Made by a program: the position numbers and the translations under genes
Notes under the pieces: model-generated
Told to the model about the DNA's origin: nothing
Database searches by the model: none
The model's input: only the letters and a program-made list of their open reading frames with translations
Assembly: GCA_963848065.1 (NCBI GenBank)
Contig: CAWKBZ010000003.1
Coordinates: forward strand, 13,147-77,146
Origin: an uncultured Actinomycetota bacterium
GTDB taxonomy: Bacteria; Actinomycetota; Actinomycetes; Actinomycetales; Microbacteriaceae
Length of the DNA: 64,000 bases
Direction of reading: 5' to 3'
Shown: in pieces, positions 29,855-38,535 of the stretch
Position numbering within the stretch: the stretch's first letter is position 1
Layout: each line of letters begins with the position of its first letter

Positions 29855-31189
29855 TCAGGCGGCCGTAGCGCGCACCCGTCGACGAACTGCGATACCGAGC
29901 GCGAGCAGCAGCGCCGCCAGTCCCGCGAGCAGCCCAGCGCCGTCAGCACCGGTCGCCGGGAGCGTCGCGACGACAGTGAGACCGTTCGCGAGGGTCGTCG
30001 CGCCCCTTGAGGTGGTGACCGTGACATCCACTGGTCCTGCACTCAAGGTGGGCAGCACGGCGGTGACGGATGTTGGGCTCAGGACCGTCACGGAGGTCGC
30101 TGCAACTCCCCCGAAGCTCACGTTCGTGCCCGCTATGAAGCCGTAGCCGGTGATGGTGATGGTGTCGCCGACCGCGGCGGTCGCGGGCGAAACCGCGTGG
30201 ATGCCCGGACCACTTTCGTAGATCGTGATGGCGCTGTTGAAGTAGTTGCCGGCGTAGACGCTGGCGTCGGCGCCGACGGCCAACACCCAGGGGCCGTTTA
30301 GTCCGGTGGCCGCGCCCTGGATGTCGCGACTAGGGACTATCGTGCCGTTGGCGTCTGCAGGAAAGAACAACAACGAATTCTGTTGGTACCCACTAACAAC
30401 GAGTTCGCCGGTCGGGCTGAGATCGAGATCGTAGGGAAGCTGGTTACCAAGCACATCAATGTCAATTGTGCGGATCGGGGCAGCATCGCCGGCGGCATCT
30501 GCCGCGTACACGGTCACACGGTCACCTGAGTAGTTGGCGACGTAGAGTTCGCCACTCGCAGCAACGCTCATTCCGCGTGGGCCATTCATCAGGGTTGCGG
30601 CACCCGTTATGACTCGCGCCGGTGCAATATCGCCGTTCGCACCGGGTGCAAAGATGCGGATGTTTCCCCCGCCGGTCTGATCCGCGACATAGATCGCGCC
30701 GCTTGCGTCGACTGTGATGCCTTCGATGGCGCCTAATCCGGTGTTGCCGCCGACGATGGTGCGCACGGGCGCGATATCGCCGGTGGCTCCTGCGGCGAAG
30801 ACGGAGATTTTTCCGTTGTTGGCGACGTACATGTTGCCCGCGGCATCCACTGCAATATCTTCCGTCGCCGCGAGCCCAGTGGTTCCACCGCTGATGGTGC
30901 GCACAGGGGCAGCGTCACCGTCTGCGCCGGGGGCAAAAACGTGCACGGCTGCGACGGGCCCGGAGACGCTGACGTAGACGTAGCCGGCGGGATCGACTGC
31001 GATTCCCCGAATCGTATTGTTCTGAATCGCCGAACTGTCGATGGTGCGGTCGGGCGGGGTGTCGGCTGCGTGAGCGGCCGTTGGGACGCCGAGAACGAGA
31101 AGGGTGGATGCCGCAACAACGGCAATCACGCGGAGCATGGATCGGATGGAGCGTCGCACGGGTTCCCCTACTCGCTGAAGCATTCTCAA
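29855..31189 (-). CDS. NHL-repeat + IPT/TIG surface protein, LPATG sorting signal (paralog 3)
   Basis: 444 aa. Same repeat architecture as paralogs 1 and 2. C-terminal ATLPATGADG + TM + RRRVR. Confidence 0.7.
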   Translation of the reverse strand: MRMLQRVGEPVRRSIRSMLRVIAVVAASTLLVLGVPTAAHAADTPPDRTIDSSAIQNNTIRGIAVDPAGYVYVSVSGPVAAVHVFAPGADGDAAPVRTISGGTTGLAATEDIAVDAAGNMYVANNGKISVFAAGATGDIAPVRTIVGGNTGLGAIEGITVDASGAIYVADQTGGGNIRIFAPGANGDIAPARVITGAATLMNGPRGMSVAASGELYVANYSGDRVTVYAADAAGDAAPIRTIDIDVLGNQLPYDLDLSPTGELVVSGYQQNSLLFFPADANGTIVPSRDIQGAATGLNGPWVLAVGADASVYAGNYFNSAITIYESGPGIHAVSPATAAVGDTITITGYGFIAGTNVSFGGVAATSVTVLSPTSVTAVLPTLSAGPVDVTVTTSRGATTLANGLTVVATLPATGADGAGLLAGLAALLLALGIAVRRRVRATAA

Positions 31190-31271
31190 TCGACGTTGAG
31201 CCTAGCGCACTGCGTGTACGGCAGGTGGCGTTGCCAGCAGCCCGATTCTGAGCCCAAGCTCGCGCCTGCCC

Positions 31272-32708
31272 CTACTGCCCCGCGACCCGCCGCACGGCCT
31301 CCACGAGAAACCCCTGCGGCCGCGCGTCGGGCAACGTGGCCACCACCTCCTCAAGCGCCCGCCCGATCGGGACCCCACAATGCCGCGCCGCATACAGCGC
31401 GGCGACCGCGGGAGTTCGGCTGAGTGCCTGCACGCAGTGGAGCAGCACGGTCTTGCCTTCCGCGCGGAACGCCGCAACCGCATCCGCCGCGTCGGCCACC
31501 ACCAAATCAAGGTGCGGGTTCTTGGCTGGGTCGTCGTCGTCGACGAGCCACACCTCCACGTGCTCAGACGCGCGCACCTGCGCCGTGCCGACCCGGCACA
31601 GCGAGACGACGGCATCCACTTCGGCGGTATCCAGGGCGCCGACCGCGCCGATCCAAACCCCGTCATCATGTGGATGCCGCACCAGCGCCGAAACATCGCC
31701 CCAGTTTGAGTAGTCGAAGCGTTCCCCGCTCGGCCAGCCGTCACCCTCGGTCCCTGAGCCTGTCGAAGGGCCGCTCCGCGCCGCCAACACCGCCAAGGCT
31801 ACGAGGTCGCGCGAGCGGAGCCCCGGCCAGCCGTGCACGATGCGCCGCCATGCGGACGGAACGGCGGATGCTCCCCACCGCGCCCCCGCGAGCGAGCCTG
31901 CGATCGCGGCGACCGTGTCGGTGTCGTTGCCGCCGCGCACGGCCCGCTCGAGAATGTCGACGAGGTCGTCCCTGTGGGTGATCGCTGACCAAGCGCCCTG
32001 CAGCGCCTGCACGACCCAGCCGTTGCGGTTGAAGTCCGATGGATGCTTCGCCTCGGCCTCATCGATCCGGTCGCCCCAGACTCCCTGTCGTTCGACGGGC
32101 AGCGCGGCGAGCCCGGCTCGCAGGTCGTAGAACCCGGTGAGCACGGCATGGCGGATTGCGAGGCACCACAGCACGCACGCATCGCCAGCGTCATCCTCGT
32201 AGTGGGTGAGCTCACTGATCGCGCGGGCGGCCTCGACGAGTCCGTCGGGGTCGTCGAGGTAGGCGAGCGCGACGGGAGCGGTGCGCATGAGGGAGCCGTT
32301 GCCGCCGCTGCGTCCGTGCTGCTCGTGGTAGCTGCGAGATCGCTCCCGCGCGGCAGCTGCGGTTGGTTCGCTCCCCCGGAGGATCGCGCGGGTCTGGACG
32401 CCGACACCCTTCGCTGTCTTGGCCCAGTCGATCCAGGCTGCGACGATCTCGTCGAGGACGGTTTCGTCACGCAGGTCGCGGCCCGCTGCTGCGGCCCGGG
32501 CGATTGGGATGGCCATGGAGGTGTCGTCGGTCCACTCGCCCGGTTCCCAGCGGAAGCTGCCGCCGCCCTTCATGCTGACGGGCGCGTCATCCGGCATCGG
32601 CGGACCGAACTCGTACCCGGCGCCGAGCGCGTCACCGCAGGCAAGCCCGAGCATGACGCCGGCGGCTCGGTCGAGTTCTGGGGTGAGAGTCGCGCGCATC
32701 TTGTGCAC
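31272..32708 (-). CDS. ADP-ribosylglycohydrolase fused to a C-terminal Cys-X5-Arg (dual-specificity-phosphatase-like) domain
   Basis: 478 aa. ARH motifs LACGDALGAGYEF and GGNDTDTVAAIAGSLAGA. C-terminal ~150 aa contain LLHCVQALSRT (HCx5R[S/T]). Start is GTG 32708 or ATG 32699. Confidence 0.75.
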   Translation of the reverse strand: MHKMRATLTPELDRAAGVMLGLACGDALGAGYEFGPPMPDDAPVSMKGGGSFRWEPGEWTDDTSMAIPIARAAAAGRDLRDETVLDEIVAAWIDWAKTAKGVGVQTRAILRGSEPTAAAARERSRSYHEQHGRSGGNGSLMRTAPVALAYLDDPDGLVEAARAISELTHYEDDAGDACVLWCLAIRHAVLTGFYDLRAGLAALPVERQGVWGDRIDEAEAKHPSDFNRNGWVVQALQGAWSAITHRDDLVDILERAVRGGNDTDTVAAIAGSLAGARWGASAVPSAWRRIVHGWPGLRSRDLVALAVLAARSGPSTGSGTEGDGWPSGERFDYSNWGDVSALVRHPHDDGVWIGAVGALDTAEVDAVVSLCRVGTAQVRASEHVEVWLVDDDDPAKNPHLDLVVADAADAVAAFRAEGKTVLLHCVQALSRTPAVAALYAARHCGVPIGRALEEVVATLPDARPQGFLVEAVRRVAGQ

Positions 32709-32801
32709 CTACTGCAGTCCTACTCGAAACTTTACGATCCGTCAAAATCAGTACATAAGTTACTTACCGATATTGCTGCCTCTCCCCCACGACCAACAGA
32801 G

Positions 32802-33158
32802 GTAGATACGAGTCGTCCGCTGCGGGCCAAGCAGGCCCGGAATGAGGAGACTGATCTTCTTGTCGCTAGGTATCAAGAGTGTAGGAATGTCCGGCAAGTT
32901 GCACGAGAGTTCAGGATGTCCCGTGCGACCGTGGCGAGGCTACTTGCCACCCGCGGCATCGACACATCCCGCAGGATGAAGCCAGCCGATGTGAAACAAG
33001 CGGTTGAACTGTATGGGCAGGGTCTATCGAGCATGACGATCGGAAAGCAGCTTGGTTTTGATAATCACACTGTTCTCAATGCGCTGCGAAGTGCAGGGGT
33101 GAAAATTCGGCCAAGACTTACCGACAAAGGAAAAGAGCCTGACGCTCGCAGTGGATGA
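32802..33158 (+). CDS. Double-HTH DNA-binding protein; start codon unresolved (possibly 5'-truncated)
   Basis: Tail of ORF 32043-33158. LLVARYQECRNVRQVAREFRMSRATVARLL and AVELYGQGLSSMTIGKQLGFDNHTVLNAL are two HTH units. There is no in-frame ATG between the 32703 GTG and the first HTH unit (first in-frame ATG at 32916, inside it, then 32970). The only in-frame candidates are GTG 32703 and CTG 32820. Confidence 0.45.
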   Translation, partial: VDTSRPLRAKQARNEETDLLVARYQECRNVRQVAREFRMSRATVARLLATRGIDTSRRMKPADVKQAVELYGQGLSSMTIGKQLGFDNHTVLNALRSAGVKIRPRLTDKGKEPDARSG

Positions 33159-33229
33159 CTCGTCGACGGGATTCGGGGATATAGCGACCAACGAGGCCCG
33201 TAGCAGGAATCCTCAGACGCAGGGTTTGG

Positions 33230-35929
33230 CTACGCGGTCTCCAACCCACGCCGTGCGACGAGCAGGCTCACGTCCTTGTTGTTCGAGCTGTGCGCAAGAT
33301 CCTGTAACACTGCCTGCTGGGTCTCTGGAGTCCAGAAGATGCGGAGCTTCTCACGCGCCCGTGTGATTGCCGTGTAAAAAATACTGTGAGTCACGTCTTC
33401 CTCATTGGCATCCGTAACTACAACTTTCACGGAATCGTACTCAAGACCCTGCGCCTTATGGATCGATACTGCGTAGGCGACCTGAAACGGTATCACCACG
33501 TTTACCGGCTCTGCATCATCGTCCCCGTCCCCGGATTCGAAAACATCGAAGCGGACTGTGGACCCTTCAACCCAGGTGAGATCCATAAGGCCCCAGGTGT
33601 CGAGTTCGCTGACAGGGCGGTCGAGCTCGATATCGAAGGAAACCTTACCCGGAGCGGCGCTAACGTCGACGATTCTGCCCTTCAGATTGTTGTAAATGAG
33701 CGGCTTGAATCGGTCGGTTTCATTGAAGAGGACCGGGTCGCCAACCCTGTAGGTCACTGCTCCACGCACCACAGCCTTGCCAGTATTGCTACTTTGCAGG
33801 AATCGGTTGATGTTGTTAATGCCGTATAGCCCGTCGTAGTTAAGGCAAAGAATAATTTCGTCTTGCTCCTGCGCCTGGAACAACGAACCATCGAGAATCG
33901 ATGAGTACCTGTTCGACGCAAGCGCTTCAGCAATATCATCGTCGATGTTACGGACCTTCGACCACAGGCCCAGGAGATCCCTGTTTCTTGTGCGGTATGG
34001 CGTAGTCAATTCGAAGACCGCAGTCGCAGGGATGAAGGAGTTGATGATCCTAAACCAGTTTCCAAATTGGATTGACTCGATTTGAAAGACGTCGCCGACG
34101 AGGACAATGAGCTTAAAGGGGACAGTCTCCAACACCTTCAGCAAATCGGCATTACTCACGGTGCTGCACTCGTCGATGAAAAGAACGTCGTAATCTATTC
34201 CATCCGCGCGACGAAGTTGTCCAGAGATAGTGCTGAACGTGGAATTCGGTGCATTCACACGGCGTTTCAAATTGTCCACCGCTGGGTTAGTCTGCGCTAT
34301 AAAGAGCTTCTGGCTCTCCCCGAAGTAGCTTGCGATGTGGTTAACCATGGTCGATTTGCCTGTGCCCGCCGCACCATAGATCACGGCCACGCGGGACTGG
34401 TCGAACAGCCGCTGAAGCGCCTCGTGCTTCAGCGGGTCATCAATCTCCGGCGTCGTGGGTTGCTCGAGCCAAACGTCCACAGCGGTTGAATAGCCACCCA
34501 CACCAGAGCCGGCGAACTGTTGCAGCTTCTCGATGATGGCGACGGTGCCGTCCTCATACTCCCGGACGAAGACGTGTCCCATGTCGATTATGAGTCGCCT
34601 TGCGGTGTGCTTGTAGTAAAGCTTCGCGTTGTAGGCCGCAACGAGCCTGACGACATCGCCGAGGTCTTCGAGCTCGACGATCGGCGTGTAGAGGACGCCG
34701 CGGATTTCAATGTTGTTCTTAATCCTTCGCGCGAGGAGCTCGTGATCGCGCCCTGAAACTTCCAGGCTCTCAGCGAGATCTGTGAAACGCGGGTTATGCC
34801 CGGGGAGCGATGTGCAGAACGGCATTGTCTCGAACGGGATACAGCCATAAGAGAGCTTCAGGCTCGAGAGCCGCTCACAGCCGTCCCATGTGTATTGCTG
34901 CTTAATGATGACGTTGTTCATTCGGAGCATCAGGTAGCGCAGAACGTTCGTTCCGGATGCGTTGGCGCGGACTATTCGACGAACTTCGTCGAGCATAGGC
35001 ATGATGCGTGGGGTCTGCGCTCGCTCAAGGGCCGCTGCCCGGATTACCGCGTAGTCCTCGTCTGGCGCATCGATAATATCCAACAGATTCGCGGCGTTCG
35101 TGGTGAGGTAATTCATCACGTAGCGGTACTCGACGTTGCCCGGATTCACCTTCGTCGACTGGCCAAGGAGTCGTGCAAAGTTGTCGAGCTCACAGGGGCG
35201 GATTGACACCTGCCAGTCGCGAATTATCAAGATTGGCATCGACTGCCCAAGTACCTCGATGCCGTCGTTCGCGAGGATGAGGCGAGCCGCATACTTGTCA
35301 GTCATATCGACGTGCGTAAAGGCGATGATGCGGTCGAATTTGCTGGCGCGATCGACAGGCGCTGTGAAGGTCACCTCGTAGTAGATGCGCCCGTTCACAA
35401 AGAACGGCCGGACCTTCCGGATGTAGTACCTATCCCACTTCTGCCTCTCTTCGGACGGAGTATCCCGCATCGCGTCGATCCGGTCGGCGATGCTCAGGTG
35501 GTACTCCCGGAGGGACGGGTCGAGGTCCACCGGAAAGGCTTCGAGGTTGGCGAGGATCGCCATGCCGCAACTGTCCCGGGCGAGGTCGCGGAGGCGATGC
35601 AGGTGCTCGTAGTACTTGAGCATCAAGCGCTCCGACGCGTCACCGTCGAGCGTATAGTGCGAGGCACTGATCTTCAGGAGATCGTGAAACCGACGAAGTG
35701 AACTGAGCTTGCCATTAGATCGCATGTGGGCGACACCAGACTCGATCGCTGCGTAGTCGAAGTCAACATCAGCGTTGCCGGTGTGGATGCAGACGGCCAG
35801 CCCTTCAATGAGGTTCCGCATCTGCGACAGGAGGTTCCTGGAAAGCAGCGCCCGATTGGTACTCAGAGTAGCGATGTTGTCAGTAATCGTTCGATCAGCG
35901 TTGCGTATTTGGTCTTTAACTGTGCTCAT
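33230..35929 (-). CDS. 899-aa protein: unassigned ~470-aa N-terminal region + RecD/Dda-like SF1 helicase core (candidate system gene 3)
   Basis: Walker A IYGAAGTGKST, Walker B VLFIDECS, LVGDVFQIES, VSIHKAQGLEYDSV, YTAITRAREKL. The ATG is preceded by GGCGGAG. Lies 15 nt after the upstream gene's stop. Confidence 0.8.
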   Translation of the reverse strand: MSTVKDQIRNADRTITDNIATLSTNRALLSRNLLSQMRNLIEGLAVCIHTGNADVDFDYAAIESGVAHMRSNGKLSSLRRFHDLLKISASHYTLDGDASERLMLKYYEHLHRLRDLARDSCGMAILANLEAFPVDLDPSLREYHLSIADRIDAMRDTPSEERQKWDRYYIRKVRPFFVNGRIYYEVTFTAPVDRASKFDRIIAFTHVDMTDKYAARLILANDGIEVLGQSMPILIIRDWQVSIRPCELDNFARLLGQSTKVNPGNVEYRYVMNYLTTNAANLLDIIDAPDEDYAVIRAAALERAQTPRIMPMLDEVRRIVRANASGTNVLRYLMLRMNNVIIKQQYTWDGCERLSSLKLSYGCIPFETMPFCTSLPGHNPRFTDLAESLEVSGRDHELLARRIKNNIEIRGVLYTPIVELEDLGDVVRLVAAYNAKLYYKHTARRLIIDMGHVFVREYEDGTVAIIEKLQQFAGSGVGGYSTAVDVWLEQPTTPEIDDPLKHEALQRLFDQSRVAVIYGAAGTGKSTMVNHIASYFGESQKLFIAQTNPAVDNLKRRVNAPNSTFSTISGQLRRADGIDYDVLFIDECSTVSNADLLKVLETVPFKLIVLVGDVFQIESIQFGNWFRIINSFIPATAVFELTTPYRTRNRDLLGLWSKVRNIDDDIAEALASNRYSSILDGSLFQAQEQDEIILCLNYDGLYGINNINRFLQSSNTGKAVVRGAVTYRVGDPVLFNETDRFKPLIYNNLKGRIVDVSAAPGKVSFDIELDRPVSELDTWGLMDLTWVEGSTVRFDVFESGDGDDDAEPVNVVIPFQVAYAVSIHKAQGLEYDSVKVVVTDANEEDVTHSIFYTAITRAREKLRIFWTPETQQAVLQDLAHSSNNKDVSLLVARRGLETA

Positions 35930-35944
35930 AGACTTACGCTCCGC

Positions 35945-37312
35945 CTACCAATAGATGGCGATTACATCGACGTCGAGGAGGCGCGGGGCATCGACAGGTT
36001 CATCTATTGCCGGGGTAGACGCCGTCACGACAGCGCTGGCCGTGAGAGACGGGAAGAGGGAGAGACCAGCCGCTTGCCGGGCCGCCTCTCGTAGCTCCAG
36101 TGCCCTGGCGGCTTCTGGCCGTTTACCGACCATCTCGACAAGCGCGTCGGTCAGCGCACCGAAAGCGGCTCGCTGCCCTGACACCAACGAGGCCCCTGGC
36201 TTCAGCTGTTCAATTAGCATGCCGATCATGCCTGTTTGTTCGTCGGTTAGTTGCTCGCCAAGATCGGCGAGGACTGCATGGGCGTATGACTGAAGCGCCT
36301 TGCCGAGTCGCCCCTCATTGACGTTCTCAGTGTGCCCCGATCCAACAGCGCCGAACGGAACCTTTCCCGCAGCGTTGATTTGATCGACCAGATTCGGCGT
36401 AACAAGGCGGAATAGATCGGCCAGCTTGACTGGCGTCCAGCTCTCACTAAGGCCGGGCCTCGATATCCGGCACATCATCGTGAATTCGGCGTCCGAGAAC
36501 AGGACGCGACGAATGTCCTTCCAATACGCGAGATGCTCGGTGACCCCTACCACCTCCAGAGGCTTTGCAGGCAGGCCCAATCCTTCGACCAGCTCACGAT
36601 GAGCGACGTACTCGACCTTGTCCAGCTCGATGACGACATAGTCGACGGCAATCGCACGGATAGGAATGAGTCCGGCAAGTAGTCGCTGGAGAATCTTGTT
36701 GATTGGCTGGACCTCTTGAAGCGACGCCAAGCCGTTTCCAGCAGCAAACATCTCTGGGTAGTCCTCAGCCATTCCCGTGAACTCAGAAACCATTGTGCCT
36801 AGATGGAAGACGGGGTCTGCAGAAAGCCGAACACGAAACTCGACGAGCTTGCCACGCTGCAGCCCGTCGGCCTTGACTATCAAAGATGGTTCACGCACCT
36901 TTTTCAGCTCGACCAAGTCCTTTGCGGGTTTCGAAGCCCTCGCTGGCTGAATGAGCCGCAGGCCCTCGATTTCATGGAGCTCCCGGAACCAGGACTGCAC
37001 GGTCGACTTGCGGGATGTCTGAATTGTGCTGCTGTTGCTGGTCTGGTAGCGCGACTCGAGCTCAGCCTTCGCGATGAGCGGTGAATTCACCCCCATCGTT
37101 CCTGCGAGAGCAGCCTCACGCGCATCAGTGGCTTGCTCCGATGTGGAGTCGGTGACACCGCCCTTCTGCGAAGAAAGCAGGCTGCGGAGACTGACTTCAT
37201 CTAGATAGACGAACTCGCGAAGGTCCGGCTTCTCCGCGTCGACAGCACTGTGTTCCGGCTCAGATGCGACAAGCTTGTTCCGACGCCAGAGCCAAGACCT
37301 TGACAAGCTCAC
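35945..37312 (-). CDS. 455-aa protein of unknown function (candidate system gene 2)
   Basis: Uninterrupted ORF. GTG start overlaps the upstream stop (GTGA at 37309-37312). No TM helix and no catalytic motif recognised. The N-terminus is EFVYLDEVSLRSLLSSQKGG. Confidence 0.7.
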   Translation of the reverse strand: MSLSRSWLWRRNKLVASEPEHSAVDAEKPDLREFVYLDEVSLRSLLSSQKGGVTDSTSEQATDAREAALAGTMGVNSPLIAKAELESRYQTSNSSTIQTSRKSTVQSWFRELHEIEGLRLIQPARASKPAKDLVELKKVREPSLIVKADGLQRGKLVEFRVRLSADPVFHLGTMVSEFTGMAEDYPEMFAAGNGLASLQEVQPINKILQRLLAGLIPIRAIAVDYVVIELDKVEYVAHRELVEGLGLPAKPLEVVGVTEHLAYWKDIRRVLFSDAEFTMMCRISRPGLSESWTPVKLADLFRLVTPNLVDQINAAGKVPFGAVGSGHTENVNEGRLGKALQSYAHAVLADLGEQLTDEQTGMIGMLIEQLKPGASLVSGQRAAFGALTDALVEMVGKRPEAARALELREAARQAAGLSLFPSLTASAVVTASTPAIDEPVDAPRLLDVDVIAIYW

Positions 37313-38535
37313 GCGATCACCTCGAGTCCATTGCCACGGCGCGGCCTCATGGCGACACGTTCGAAGGCTTGGGCGACGTCTTCAGACGAAATCATGTCGC
37401 GCGAGTCGCCAGCCGCCAGGAGGGCCGCCTCTGTCCAAATCGAGGTTAGGTCCGCAGCCGACCAGCCTTCCGACAGACCCGCGACATCTTCAAGCGGTAG
37501 CTCATCAGCCGTCTTCAGTTGACTAGCCCGAACCTTCAGGATCTCGTACCGATCTAATATGGTTGGCAGGCCGAACTCGACTTCCCAGTCGAAGCGGCCA
37601 GGGCGAGTAAGTGCCGGGTCGAGTGCATCAACTCGGTTCGTTGCTGCGATGACGACGACGCTCTTACCCTTATCGTCGAAACCATCCATCAATGTCAGCA
37701 GCTGTGCGACCAAACGCTTTGACGCCTCATGCGACTCGCCCGTCCGCTTCTCCGCAATGCTGTCAATCTCGTCAAAAAAGATGATGGCCTTGCCGCTCTT
37801 GGCGTTTGTCGCGGCATCGAAAATTCGCCGCAAGGTGTCTTCAGCGTCACCTAGGAACTTGCTTACGATTGATGGCCCGCTGATGAGATAGAAGTCGGCT
37901 TTTGACTCGCGAGCAATAATTCGAGCCAAGTGCGTCTTGCCAGTACCGGGAGCGCCCGTGAAGAGAATTCCCTTTACAGGACGGGCACCAATGGCATCGA
38001 GCCGATCCCGCTGCTCAAGCTGAGTTTCAATGAGTTCTTTTGCCCTTGCGATAACGTCTGGGTAGCCGCCGAAGTCTTCAAACGTCGGCCCCTCTCCAGC
38101 CTTATCGACCAGATACTCGGCTTCAATGTTTTCGTTCTCGTTGCCGAAAATGCCGCTCTTAATTGGTCGTTGCGACACCACCGAAAGCACGCCCTGCGCG
38201 TCGTTGAACTCGATCATGTTCCCGGAGGCGAGCTCCAGGGCCTGAGGATTGGCGACCCGCTGGAAGCCGACTCCGCTATCGACGAGGACCGTGCCGTCAT
38301 CAAGCACCTTCCTGACTGTCGTGATCTGGCTTGATTGATGCCAGAGGTCGTCCGGCGCAAACTCCCAGTGGTTCTGGCCGACCAGCAGCACATCGCCTAC
38401 CCCGACTTCTTCCGTGTTCTCTAAACCCGAGACACGACCGATGTTCCCGCTCTGTGTCTGGAAGTGAATGGTCGTGTCGTCTGGATCGATCCGAATCACT
38501 TTGAAGAGCTGGCCGACCACCACCTGATCACTCAT
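37309..38535 (-). CDS. Classic-clade AAA+ ATPase (FtsH/CDC48-like single AAA module) with unassigned N-terminal domain (candidate system gene 1)
   Basis: ATG 38533-38535 with GAGGAGG 7 nt upstream. Walker A GAPGTGKTH, Walker B IIFFDEIDS, sensor-1 IAATN, second region of homology PALTRPGRFD. The ATG overlaps the DUF45 stop (ATGA). Confidence 0.85.
   Translation of the reverse strand: MSDQVVVGQLFKVIRIDPDDTTIHFQTQSGNIGRVSGLENTEEVGVGDVLLVGQNHWEFAPDDLWHQSSQITTVRKVLDDGTVLVDSGVGFQRVANPQALELASGNMIEFNDAQGVLSVVSQRPIKSGIFGNENENIEAEYLVDKAGEGPTFEDFGGYPDVIARAKELIETQLEQRDRLDAIGARPVKGILFTGAPGTGKTHLARIIARESKADFYLISGPSIVSKFLGDAEDTLRRIFDAATNAKSGKAIIFFDEIDSIAEKRTGESHEASKRLVAQLLTLMDGFDDKGKSVVVIAATNRVDALDPALTRPGRFDWEVEFGLPTILDRYEILKVRASQLKTADELPLEDVAGLSEGWSAADLTSIWTEAALLAAGDSRDMISSEDVAQAFERVAMRPRRGNGLEVIA

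Noticed and set aside
35945-38535. Direct assignment of the ATPase plus 455-aa pair to the Dodola system (DUF6414 + ClpB-like ATPase)
   Set aside because: The idea rests only on my vague recollection of an N-terminal YLD...S..SQ-type motif and on the ATPase + unknown architecture. The ATPase here is a single classic AAA module, not ClpB-like, and a third helicase gene is present. I cannot verify this without HMM searches, so I keep it as a hypothesis to test rather than a call.
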